Source: Candidatus Eiseniibacteriota bacterium
GTDB lineage: Bacteria; Eisenbacteria; RBG-16-71-46; CAZAMP01
DNA: 64,000 bases
Direction of reading: 5' to 3'
NCBI GenBank assembly: GCA_965224245.1
Contig: OZ245046.1
Coordinates: 5,312,001-5,376,000, forward strand
Below the pieces are notes generated by a model, which worked only from the letters and a program-made list of their open reading frames with translations, was not told the DNA's origin and did not search any database. Below, one piece after another: positions 9,996 through 19,466 of this stretch. Numbering within the stretch: position 1 is the first letter of the stretch; the number at the start of each line of letters is the position of its first letter. A program made the translations under genes and the position numbers.

Positions 9996-12470
9996 CTACC
10001 GACCGGCCACGACGATCCGATCCGACACGACGTTCGCGCCGCTCGCCGCGCGCACCCAGTACACGCCCGGTACGACGGGCTCGCCCCGGGTCGTCAGGTC
10101 CCATGTGAACGTGTGAGACCCCGCGGGTCGGCGGCCGTCGGCGAGAAGCGCCACCTCGCGACCCGTGGCGTCGTGCAGGGACATCCGCAGCGGTCCCGCC
10201 GCCTCGAGCTCGATCGCGACCGCCACGAGCCGGGACGCCGGTCGGGGACGCACCGACGCGATCCGGACGGGCCCGCCGCCGAGGTCCGGCGTGGCCGTGT
10301 CCGGCGCGTGCAGCGAGGCGGGCTCTCCCAGGACGACGATGCCGTGCGAGGGCAGCCCGATCGACACCGACTGCGAGAACCCGTCCACCGGGATCGCGTC
10401 GCTCGCGAACGTGCCGGGGTTCTCCGGACCGTCGCCGCCATACGTCGCCGCCTCGCTGTTGAGACGTTCGGCCCAGTCGCCCGGTGACGGAACGCCGACG
10501 CGATAGCTCGCGAAGTCGGTGTTGGAGACGTTCACGACGACCACGAACGCACCCTCGCCGTCGAAGCGCCGGAACGCGAGCACGTTGCCCGACTCGTTCA
10601 GGTGGAACACCTGCCAGGCGGCGCTGGCCCGGAAGGCGCTCTCGGAACGGCGAAGCGCGATCGCGTCCTGGAAGAACCGGAACACGTCGGCATAGGTGGT
10701 CTTCTTCGACCAGTCGATGCGATTGCCGGTGTCGGTGCCGAAGTCCGTGTCCTCCAGCCACTCGGCGCCCTGCAGCATCGCGGGCACCCCGGGCGCGAAC
10801 AGCACGAGCCCCTGTGCGAGCTTGGTGCGTCCCTTCGCGTACTCGTCGTCGTGCGGGAACGTCGGATCGATCGCCTTCACGATCCGTCCGCCACCGCTCG
10901 TCGGCCAGGCCTCGTCGTGCAGCTCGAGGTACGTGGTGACCGAGCTGCCGTCCAGGTACGTGCCACCGCCGTTGATGATGTCGCGGATCTTCCACATCTC
11001 GGGATCACCGAAGGCCGCGTCGAGGAGCTCCTCTCGCAGCCGATCGGTGAACGCGTCGAAGTACTGGCTGTCGAAGCCGGCGCCTCCGAGCGACGTGGGA
11101 CGCGTGATCCACGGGTCGTCGGGAAGCTGCTCGGCGATGACGATCTTGTCGATCCAGCGGTTGTCGACCTCGTCGTTCAGCCGCTGCATCAGCGACCACC
11201 CCGCCGCCTCCTGCGGGGGGATGGTCATGTAGGCGGTCGCGTCCATCCGGAAGCCGTCGACGCGATACTCGTCCAGCCACAGGTGGGCGCTGTGGGCGTA
11301 GTAGTCGCGGACCTCGTCGGCGTCGAAGTCGGCCTGCGCGCCCCACGGCGTGTCCACCTGCGGCGTGTCGAAGTAGATCTGAGAGCCGTCGTAGAACCAC
11401 AGATAGTTGTCGTCGAACGAGAAGTGGTTCCAGACCACGTCCAGGAGCACGGCGATGCCCTCGGCGTGGAGCGCGTCCACCATCGCCTTGAAGTCGTCGG
11501 GCGAGCCGTACTTCCACTCGGGTGCCCAGGCCGTGATCGGGTTGTAGCCGGCCGACAGGTCCCCGGGGAACTCCGTGATCGGGTTCAGCATCACCGCGGT
11601 CACGCCGAGCTCTCCCAGGTGCCCGGCGCGCGCGGCCACGTCGACGTAGCGAGACGGAAACGGCGTGGCGCCCATCGGGTCGTTGCGACCGGCGAACGTG
11701 CCCACGTGCAGCTGGTAGATGATGAGGTCGTCCAGCGCCGGCGTGACGAAGTCGTTCGTGACCCAGGCGTATCCGAAGGGATCGACGATGATCGAGTTGA
11801 GGTTGTCCGATGGATCCAGCGCGCGGGCCCGCGCATCGCTGTTCCAGACCGATCCGTTGAAGAAGTACTTGTACGCGTGTCCCGCCACCGCCGCGGCCAC
11901 GCGGCCGATGAAGTGCTCACCCACCTTGGGCAGGAGATCCGCAGTGGACCAGCCGTTGAACTCGCCCCGCACGTGGACGCTGGTGCGGGTGGGCGCCCAG
12001 ACCCGGAACACGGTGCCGCCCTCCGGCAGCGGCGTGGCGCCGACCGGCGCGTGCGAGAGCGTCGAGAAGTCCAGCACGAACCCGCCGTCCACCGGAGGGG
12101 CGTCGGACATGCCGGTCACGCTGTAGTAGTCGACGTCGGTGCCGTCGATGACCTCGAAGTAGTACGACAGGGACGACGCCGCGGTCGCCGGGATCGTGGC
12201 CGACCAGATCGCATACGCCCCGCGCGCCTCCAGGTACGACGCCGGAATGCTCGCGACCGACCCGTCGTCCACGATGACGTTCACCGCGGAAAGATCGAAG
12301 TGATACGCGGCGAGGCGCACGTCGAACGCCTGCCCGTCGACGGGGCAGATCGGGCGGCGATCCTGCCATCCGACGTGCGAGATGCCGTTCCACTGGACGT
12401 CGTCGTCGGCGGAGACGGTCGTGGCGAGGGTGGCGATCAGGGCTGCCGTGACCGGGATGGTGGATCGCAT
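9996..12470 (-). CDS. Secreted GH13 enzyme (Ig-like N-domain, CBM48, branching-enzyme/TreZ-like catalytic domain) with C-terminal FlgD-Ig-like domain
   Basis: Signal peptide; FRVWAP CBM48; catalytic motifs GFRMDAT, IAEQ and LHDE; C-terminal HDATGREV...FTWD...PGVYWVR. Confidence 0.88.
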   Translation of the reverse strand: MRSTIPVTAALIATLATTVSADDDVQWNGISHVGWQDRRPICPVDGQAFDVRLAAYHFDLSAVNVIVDDGSVASIPASYLEARGAYAIWSATIPATAASSLSYYFEVIDGTDVDYYSVTGMSDAPPVDGGFVLDFSTLSHAPVGATPLPEGGTVFRVWAPTRTSVHVRGEFNGWSTADLLPKVGEHFIGRVAAAVAGHAYKYFFNGSVWNSDARARALDPSDNLNSIIVDPFGYAWVTNDFVTPALDDLIIYQLHVGTFAGRNDPMGATPFPSRYVDVAARAGHLGELGVTAVMLNPITEFPGDLSAGYNPITAWAPEWKYGSPDDFKAMVDALHAEGIAVLLDVVWNHFSFDDNYLWFYDGSQIYFDTPQVDTPWGAQADFDADEVRDYYAHSAHLWLDEYRVDGFRMDATAYMTIPPQEAAGWSLMQRLNDEVDNRWIDKIVIAEQLPDDPWITRPTSLGGAGFDSQYFDAFTDRLREELLDAAFGDPEMWKIRDIINGGGTYLDGSSVTTYLELHDEAWPTSGGGRIVKAIDPTFPHDDEYAKGRTKLAQGLVLFAPGVPAMLQGAEWLEDTDFGTDTGNRIDWSKKTTYADVFRFFQDAIALRRSESAFRASAAWQVFHLNESGNVLAFRRFDGEGAFVVVVNVSNTDFASYRVGVPSPGDWAERLNSEAATYGGDGPENPGTFASDAIPVDGFSQSVSIGLPSHGIVVLGEPASLHAPDTATPDLGGGPVRIASVRPRPASRLVAVAIELEAAGPLRMSLHDATGREVALLADGRRPAGSHTFTWDLTTRGEPVVPGVYWVRAASGANVVSDRIVVAGR

Positions 12471-12690
12471 GTCGGGTCGTCCCGTGGTCGAGGGTCGGAG
12501 TCGTCGGACGAGGGGCGCTCGCGGACGAGCTTATCACGCTCCTCGTGACCGGCGGACGCCGCCGCATCGCGTCGTGGCGCAGAGCCGTGAGTGTTGCCTC
12601 CAGGTTTCGCACCCGGACGCCGATGCTGAACATGGGGCTCGGTTGCTCACGTCGAGCGTCCGGCCGGGACTCGATGGGGAGGGCAGTGAC

Positions 12691-13884
12691 ATCGCTAACG
12701 TGCTCTTTTGCTGGGAGTTAGGTGGCGGCTGGGGCCACATCGGCCGCGTGTCCCCCCTGGCGTGCTGGCTGGCCGAGGCCGGCCACTCGGTGGACTTCGT
12801 GAGTCGCGACGTCGTCCGTGCCACCGCGGTCGGGATGCCGGGGCGCGTGCTGCCCGCGCCGAGGGTGTCCACGCCGCGTGAGCGCCAGATCCCCAGTCCG
12901 ATGAACTACGCCGAGGTGCTCTCGAACCTCGGATGGGACAGCGAGGCGTCACTGTCGGGGCTCGTTCGTGCCTGGCGCGATCTGATCCTCGTGTGCGGCG
13001 CCGACCTCGTGGTCGTGGACCACGCACCGGGAGCCGCGCTGGCGGCCCGCACGCTGCGATGCCCGTTCCTGTCGGTGAGCGCCGGTTTTGCGGTGCCGCC
13101 GAACGTCGCCCAGCTGCCGCTCCTGCGCGACGGCGTGCCCGAGCCGCGCGTCGCGGCCGCCCACGCGGCCGAGCGCGGGCTCCTGGAGCGGATCAACCGC
13201 ATCGGCGAGACGCACGGGCTCGCACCGCTCACGTCGGTGGGCGCGCTGTTCCAGGACGCGGAGTCCGTGCTGCTGACGACGTTCGCCGAGCTCGACCACT
13301 ACCCCGATCGCCCCGGGTCTCTCGAGTACGTCGGCAGCTGGACCACCGGGTCGGGCATGCAGCCGACCTGGCCGGCCGGGGACGGCCCGAAGGTGTTCGC
13401 CTACCTGAGCGGGCTCCCGGTGAGCCGGTACGTGCTGAAGCGGCTCGGACGGCGGGACATTCCCACGGTCGCGTACGTCGACGACGAGCCGGTCACCGGC
13501 GGTGGCAGCGTGACCGTCCTCCCCGTGCCCGCCGACCTGGCGATGGCCGCGCGGGAGTGCGACGTGGCGATCACGAACGCGGGGCACGGCGTGGCCACCG
13601 CGATGCTGCGGGCGGGCAAGCCACTGGTGATGATCCCACGGGTTCTCGAGCAGCAGCTCCTCGCGCGACGGATCCGGGCGCTCGGCGCCGGTGAGACGGT
13701 ACCGCTCGAACAGCCGCGGACGTTCGAGGACGTGTTCGCCACGGTCGTCGGGGACGACGTGTACCGGCGCGCCGCGGAGGCGTTCTCCGAGCGCTACGCC
13801 GACTGGATCGACGAGGATCGGGCCGTGCACGTGGCCGATGCCATCGGAGCGGTGGCTCGCCGGGTCGCCGGCGGAGTGGCCTGA
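12691..13884 (+). CDS. GT-B fold glycosyltransferase (GT1/MGT-like); start uncertain (ATC12691 or GTG12700)
   Basis: N-terminal WELGGGWGH and C-terminal AITNAGHG...GKPLVMIP...EQ motifs. Confidence 0.8.
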   Translation: MANVLFCWELGGGWGHIGRVSPLACWLAEAGHSVDFVSRDVVRATAVGMPGRVLPAPRVSTPRERQIPSPMNYAEVLSNLGWDSEASLSGLVRAWRDLILVCGADLVVVDHAPGAALAARTLRCPFLSVSAGFAVPPNVAQLPLLRDGVPEPRVAAAHAAERGLLERINRIGETHGLAPLTSVGALFQDAESVLLTTFAELDHYPDRPGSLEYVGSWTTGSGMQPTWPAGDGPKVFAYLSGLPVSRYVLKRLGRRDIPTVAYVDDEPVTGGGSVTVLPVPADLAMAARECDVAITNAGHGVATAMLRAGKPLVMIPRVLEQQLLARRIRALGAGETVPLEQPRTFEDVFATVVGDDVYRRAAEAFSERYADWIDEDRAVHVADAIGAVARRVAGGVA

Positions 13885-13911
13885 CGCCGGCCGTCGCCGT
13901 CTCGGGCGGGG

Positions 13912-14739
13912 TCAGCCCTTGACGCCGCCGAGCGTGAGCCCAGAGACCAGGAAACGATTCAGCACCAGGAACAGCACGACCACGGGGACGCTCACGAGCA
14001 GGCTCGCCGCCGCATAGTTCGCCCACTCGGTCTGGAAGCTCCCGGCCAGGTTGGCCAGCCCCAGGGGCAGCGTGTAGAGCGCCTGCTTGTTCAGGATCAC
14101 GCGCGCCACGATGTACTCCGACCATCCCGACATGAACGAGAAGAGCCCGGTGATCACCAGCGCCGGGCGCGCCAGCGGCAGGACCACACGCACGAACGCA
14201 CCGATCTGGCTCGTGCCGTCCACGCGAGCCGCCTCCTCCAGCTCGACCGGGATCGTGTCGTAGTAGCCCTTCATCGTCCACACGCAGAACGGCAGCGCGG
14301 TGGCGGTGTACGCGACGACGATGCCGAGCATCGTGTCCACGAGCCCGAGGCGGCTCATCAGCACGTACAGCGGCAGCAGGAGCATCGTCGCCGGGAACAT
14401 CTGGGTGACCAGGAGCCCCACCATGCCCGCGCCGTGACCCCGGAACCGGAACCGCGAGAACGCGTAGCCGGCGGTCGACGCCAGGGTCACCCCGAGGAGG
14501 GTGACCGACCCCGCGGCCACCGTCGAGTTCCGGAGCCAGAGGAAGAAGTCCTTCTCGAAGAGGACCTTCCGGTAGGCGACCAGGGTCGCGTCCTCGGGGA
14601 TCAGCCGGAGCGACGTCGAGTAGAGCGCGTCTCCGGGTCGGAGCGAGATGCCGAGCACCACCAGGATCGGGTAGATGATCGCGAACGTGAGCGCGGCGAG
14701 CACGACGTGAAAGAGGAGTCGCCGGAGAACGTGCGTCAT
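13912..14739 (-). CDS. malG: Maltose/maltodextrin ABC permease, MalG-like
   Basis: TQMFPATM and KGYYDTIPVELEEAARVDG (EAA loop); ATGA overlap with the malF stop. Confidence 0.88.
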   Translation of the reverse strand: MTHVLRRLLFHVVLAALTFAIIYPILVVLGISLRPGDALYSTSLRLIPEDATLVAYRKVLFEKDFFLWLRNSTVAAGSVTLLGVTLASTAGYAFSRFRFRGHGAGMVGLLVTQMFPATMLLLPLYVLMSRLGLVDTMLGIVVAYTATALPFCVWTMKGYYDTIPVELEEAARVDGTSQIGAFVRVVLPLARPALVITGLFSFMSGWSEYIVARVILNKQALYTLPLGLANLAGSFQTEWANYAAASLLVSVPVVVLFLVLNRFLVSGLTLGGVKG

Positions 14740-15617
14740 GCGGCCGCTCCTTCCGTGGCCCGGTTCTGCCGGAGGAACCACAGGACGAACGCGAGCAGGA
14801 TCAGGAAGATCACCACCGAGAACGCGGCCGCGTACCCGTAGCGGTAGTACGTGAACGCCGCCTTGTACACGTACGTGACCAGAATGTGCGACTTGTCCGA
14901 CGGCTGTCCGCCGTTCGTGACCAGCCAGATCACGTTCAGGTTGTTGAACGTCCACACGGTGCCGAGCGAGATGGCGGGCACCATGACCGGTCTGAGGTTC
15001 GGGATCGTGATGTGCCGGAAGCGCTGCCACGCCGACGCGCCGTCGATCGACGACGCTTCGTACAGCTCCTTCGGGATCGACTGCAGACCGCCGAGGGCGA
15101 TCACCATCATGAACGGAAAGCCGAGCCAGACGTTCGTGAGCGTGGGGGCCACGAACGCCCAGAGCTCGTTCGACAGCCACGGCACCTTGTCGGCGTGAAG
15201 CCACTTCTCGAGGATCAGATTGAACGCGCCGTACTCGTAGTTGAACATCCCGCGCCAGGTCAGCGCGACGATGTACTGCGGCACCGCCCAGGGCAGGATC
15301 AACAGCGCGCGGTAGATGGGCTGTCCGGCGAACGGACGGTTCAGGAGCACCGCGAACGCGACGCCGATCACCACGTGACTCACGACGTTTGCCACCGTCC
15401 AGATGACGGTCTTCAGGAACGTCGTGTAGAGCGCGGGCTCCTCGAAGAGGCGCCGGTAGTTCTCGAACCCGACGATCTTCGGATCACGCACCGTGTACAG
15501 GTTCATGTTCGTGATCGACAGGTACAGGTTGTAGACGAACGGATAGAGCACCACGATCGCGATGATCGCGACCGTGGGCGCGAGGAGGAGATACGGCAGG
15601 CGGCGTTCTCGGGTCAT
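14736..15617 (-). CDS. malF: Maltose/maltodextrin ABC permease, MalF-like
   Basis: ILPWAVP, NVWLGFPFMM, LQSIPKELYEASSIDGA and TFNNLN motifs. Confidence 0.88.
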   Translation of the reverse strand: MTRERRLPYLLLAPTVAIIAIVVLYPFVYNLYLSITNMNLYTVRDPKIVGFENYRRLFEEPALYTTFLKTVIWTVANVVSHVVIGVAFAVLLNRPFAGQPIYRALLILPWAVPQYIVALTWRGMFNYEYGAFNLILEKWLHADKVPWLSNELWAFVAPTLTNVWLGFPFMMVIALGGLQSIPKELYEASSIDGASAWQRFRHITIPNLRPVMVPAISLGTVWTFNNLNVIWLVTNGGQPSDKSHILVTYVYKAAFTYYRYGYAAAFSVVIFLILLAFVLWFLRQNRATEGAAA

Positions 15618-16879
15618 CAGCCCTTCATCTCGTCGATCTTCCGGAGCGCCTCCTGCTGCATCTGTCGGGCCGCCTCGGCCGGGGTGAGCGATCCGTTCCA
15701 GACGCTCTGGACGCCGGGGCGCATCGCGTCCCAGATCGCGCGCATCTCGGGTACGACCGGCATGCGGCGCCCGACCATCACCTGCGAGCGCGAGGCCTCG
15801 AGCGTCTCGTCGCTCTGGATCGCCGGATCCTGGTAGGCCGCCTTGCGCGTGGGCAGCGTTCCGAGCCGCGTCGCGAAGTCGATCTGGCTGCGAACCGACG
15901 TGAGCTCCTCCAGCAGCGCCTCGATCCGCGCCAGCTTGGCCCCGGTGACGCGCGCGTTGATGGAGTACCCCTTGGACGAGATCATGGGCGCCGGCCACCG
16001 TCCGTCGATCCTCGGCAGACGACTGATCGCGATGTCGACGCCCGCCTTGCGATACGCCGACCACGACCACGGTCCGTTGATGATCATCGCCGCCCGGCCC
16101 TCGCTGAACAGCGTGTGTGCAAGCTCGTAGTCGCACTCCGCCGGTGACACGCCGTGCTCGTTTCGGAGCGCGTCGTATAGCCCCAGCGCCTTCACCATCG
16201 CGGGCGTGTCGAGCGTCGGGGCGTGGCTCTCGTCCATGACCCAGCCCCCGGAGCCGGTCAGAAACGGGATCACCCAGAACGGCTCACCCACCTGGAACAC
16301 GAGCCCGTACCGATCGATGCGGCCGTCGCCGTTCGTGTCGACCGTGTTGGCCTTCGCGATGGCCACCAGCTCGTCCCAGGTCTCGGGCGCGTCGGGGACG
16401 AGCGCGGTGTTCCGCACGAGCGCCAGGTGATTGCCCAGCTGATCGGGCAGCGCCCACACGTGACCGTCCAGCGTGTCGAACGCCTCGGGCACGAACGCGT
16501 CGAGCGCGTCGCCGAGGATCTCGTCCAGGGGATGGATCACGCGCATGATCGAGAACGGGCCGATCTGATCGGAGGGACCGAACACGAGATCCGGTCCGCC
16601 GCCGGCCAGCGCCGCCGTCTGGAACTTCGTTCGAAGATCCTCGGTGGACTCGTGACTCACCTCGAACGTGAGCTCCGGGTGATTGGCCTGTACCTCGGCC
16701 AGGTGCTCGGTCAGGACCGATCGCTCCTCGGGATCCATCTGGACCCAGATCGCGATCGTGGTGTCCGTGGCCGACCCACCGTCACCTCCGCCGCAGGACA
16801 GGGTGAAGGTCGCCACGATCGCGCAGGCGACCGCGATCGCGCCCGCGCGAGAACGGATTCCGATCCTCGAAGTCCACAT
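15617..16879 (-). CDS. malE: Maltodextrin-binding lipoprotein, MalE-like
   Basis: Lipobox TLSC; GPDLVFGPSDQIG, AAMIINGPW and MPVVPEMRAIW motifs of the MalE family. Confidence 0.85.
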   Translation of the reverse strand: MWTSRIGIRSRAGAIAVACAIVATFTLSCGGGDGGSATDTTIAIWVQMDPEERSVLTEHLAEVQANHPELTFEVSHESTEDLRTKFQTAALAGGGPDLVFGPSDQIGPFSIMRVIHPLDEILGDALDAFVPEAFDTLDGHVWALPDQLGNHLALVRNTALVPDAPETWDELVAIAKANTVDTNGDGRIDRYGLVFQVGEPFWVIPFLTGSGGWVMDESHAPTLDTPAMVKALGLYDALRNEHGVSPAECDYELAHTLFSEGRAAMIINGPWSWSAYRKAGVDIAISRLPRIDGRWPAPMISSKGYSINARVTGAKLARIEALLEELTSVRSQIDFATRLGTLPTRKAAYQDPAIQSDETLEASRSQVMVGRRMPVVPEMRAIWDAMRPGVQSVWNGSLTPAEAARQMQQEALRKIDEMKG

Positions 16880-17219
16880 GGCCGGCTCCCGGAGACGGGT
16901 GTGAGCGCCTCGAACTGGCGTGGCCGGACGATAGCGCGTCCGTCGGACCCGGGCAACGGCTCGACATCGCGCAACGACCAGATTCCGCAAGGGTTTGGGA
17001 CGTCGCCGCAGGCCCCACTGGCGGTGCGCGCTCCGTGGACGAAACCCGCCGCATCCGGTAAAATCGACCGTTCCGAGTTCGCCGGATTCTGCCAGGCCAG
17101 GCGCCCCCGGGCCGCGTCGCGTTCGCCCGGACGCACGTCTCCGAGGCTGCGCTCTGCATCGTCGACCCAGCGCCTTCGAGCGCGACGTCGCGCGCCCGCG
17201 CGACCAGGAGGTACCGAGC

Positions 17220-19289
17220 ATGATCACCCGCCGAATCGCGTTGCCGGCCTGCGCCGCGTCGGCCTTTCTGTGCGGCCTGACCGGGGCCGCCGGAGCCGAG
17301 GGTTTCGGCACGCCGACGATCGACGGCGTCATCGATGCCGTCTACGGCGACCCCGAAGCCACCGACCCCACCGACGATGCGCCGCAGGGATTCGAGCACC
17401 TCGACCTCGGTCGCCTGTATGTCTGCAATGACGTCGACTACTGGTACTTCGCGTTCGAGGCGGACGACGACGTCCTGGCCACGAACTGGGGCAAGTACAT
17501 GATCGAGATCGACACCACGAACGACGCCGCCGGCGCGACCGTGGACGCGTGGGGTCGCAACGTCGTGATCAGCGATCCGCACAAGCCCGAGTTCTCGCTC
17601 CGGAGCTGGGTGGACGGCGGCGGCGCCTACAGCGCGGCGAAGACCCAGGTCTGGGCCTGGGACGGCGCCTCCTGGTCGACCGACGGCGCCCTGGACGACG
17701 CCGCCGTGGCCGAGGGCACAACCAGCGTGTTCGAGTGGAAGGTGGCCAAGACCCGCATCGGCAGCCCGTCGACGATCTGGTGCGAGGTGTTCACGACCGC
17801 CGGCGGCGGCGGCGACAACGCGCAGGACACGTCGAACGACCCCGCCGACGACTGGAACGCCACCGACTGGACGACCACCGCGGTGCTCGCCAACTCCACC
17901 GAGGTCGCCGAGACGTCGGGATCGGACGTGACGCCGCCGACGCTGGTCTCGGTCACGGGTATCGGTCAGGATCCGATCACCGACCTCCTGCTCGAGTTCT
18001 CCGAGGCGCTCGAGCAGCTGTCCGCCGAGACGACCGGCAACTACAGCATCGACGATACCGCCGTGACGATTCTCAGTGCCATCCAGGACACGATCGAGCC
18101 GCGCAAGGTGACCCTCGTCACCGAGTACGTTCCGGCTCCCGCGGGCGAGGGCTCGAGGGGCGCTACAGGGCTTCCGTACGGGCAATGCTTCGAGGTGACG
18201 GTGACCGGCGTCGAGGACGTCGCGGGCAACCCGATCGTCGACGACGGCATCTCGAACGTGGCCGGGTTCCAGCTCTGGAGCCTCACCTTCCGGGCCAACA
18301 TGAACCTGCGCCTCCGGGACGTGTCGTACTTCCCCGACACCGAGGACGTGGGTCTCGAGGGCAGCCAGTCGCCCCTCACGTGGGATCCGGTCGGCGATCT
18401 CCTGCTCGACGACGCCGACGGCGACAGCGTGTACACGGCGACCGTCCAGTTCTCGTTCCCGTGTGAGAGCATCCCGGCACCCGGCGGAAACACGCTCGAG
18501 TACAAGTTCACCCACAAGGGCGAGTACGAGTCGATCGGCAACCACTTCTACGCGTTCGATCCGCTCATCGGTGAGGACGTGCTCAACATCTGGTGGAACG
18601 ACGTCGCGCCGAGCGACATCACGGCCAACGTCGTCGACGTGATCTGGACGGTCGACACGAGTGGAGAGACCGTGCCCCCCGTGGACGGCGTGGACGTGCT
18701 CGCGCTGAACGGGAGCCAGCTCCCGCTCAACTGGGACGTCCCACCGCTGGGGTCGAGCGCGCTTCGGGACAACGGAGTCGCGCCCGACGATACGGCCGGC
18801 GACGACATCTGGTCGATCCGCGTGCGCTTCCCGGTGGGCACGTTCAGGACCGTCTACCACAAGTTCGTCCTGAACGACGTCTACGAGTGCGAGGACCAGG
18901 ACAACCGCAGCATCACCATCGACGACGCGACCTACAGCGACACGAACCCGCAGATCCTGGACACGGCCACCTACGATCAGTGCGTGATCCTCGGCGTCGA
19001 AGACGCCTCGCTGCCCCGGCTGCAGATGGTGGCGCGGCCGAACCCGTCGACCCGGGGCACGTTCATCGCATTCACGACCGATCGTGAGACCGACGTCCGG
19101 GTGACCGTGCACGACGTGCAGGGACGGCAGGTACGTGAGCTGGAGGACGGGCCGATGCCGATCGGGCGCACGGCGATCTTCTTCGACGGGCGTGACGCCG
19201 GCGGGCGTGCGCTCGCGTCGGGCACGTACTACGTCCGGATCGAGACGGCGGATGGCGTGGAGACGCGTCCGCTGACGCTGATGCGCTGA
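17220..19289 (+). CDS. Secreted multi-domain protein (DOMON/CBM9-like, Ig-like, two CBM20-like modules, C-terminal FlgD-Ig-like domain)
   Basis: CAGGAGG RBS; signal peptide; TIDG...DLGRLYV, LEYKF and YHKFVLN modules; LRDNGVAPDDTAGDDIWS loop; PNP...HDVQGRQV...GTYYVR tail; no catalytic motif recognised. Confidence 0.78.
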   Translation: MITRRIALPACAASAFLCGLTGAAGAEGFGTPTIDGVIDAVYGDPEATDPTDDAPQGFEHLDLGRLYVCNDVDYWYFAFEADDDVLATNWGKYMIEIDTTNDAAGATVDAWGRNVVISDPHKPEFSLRSWVDGGGAYSAAKTQVWAWDGASWSTDGALDDAAVAEGTTSVFEWKVAKTRIGSPSTIWCEVFTTAGGGGDNAQDTSNDPADDWNATDWTTTAVLANSTEVAETSGSDVTPPTLVSVTGIGQDPITDLLLEFSEALEQLSAETTGNYSIDDTAVTILSAIQDTIEPRKVTLVTEYVPAPAGEGSRGATGLPYGQCFEVTVTGVEDVAGNPIVDDGISNVAGFQLWSLTFRANMNLRLRDVSYFPDTEDVGLEGSQSPLTWDPVGDLLLDDADGDSVYTATVQFSFPCESIPAPGGNTLEYKFTHKGEYESIGNHFYAFDPLIGEDVLNIWWNDVAPSDITANVVDVIWTVDTSGETVPPVDGVDVLALNGSQLPLNWDVPPLGSSALRDNGVAPDDTAGDDIWSIRVRFPVGTFRTVYHKFVLNDVYECEDQDNRSITIDDATYSDTNPQILDTATYDQCVILGVEDASLPRLQMVARPNPSTRGTFIAFTTDRETDVRVTVHDVQGRQVRELEDGPMPIGRTAIFFDGRDAGGRALASGTYYVRIETADGVETRPLTLMR

Positions 19290-19331
19290 CGGCCGGCGGC
19301 GAGGTCCACGCAGCACGCGCAGGTAATACTT

Positions 19332-19365
19332 CCCCGCGTCCCTCGGGACGCGGGGTTTTTCGTTT
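19332..19365 (+). terminator. Rho-independent terminator
   Basis: CCCCGCGTCC-ctcg-GGACGCGGGG followed by TTTTTCGTTT. Confidence 0.85.
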
Positions 19366-19466
19366 GACGCGCTCGAGCGATGGGCTCAACGTGGGACCGT
19401 TCGTGGTTCGATCGGACGGCCGAGGTCGAACGCGACACTCCCCTGCCCAGGGACGAGGGAGGTGCC

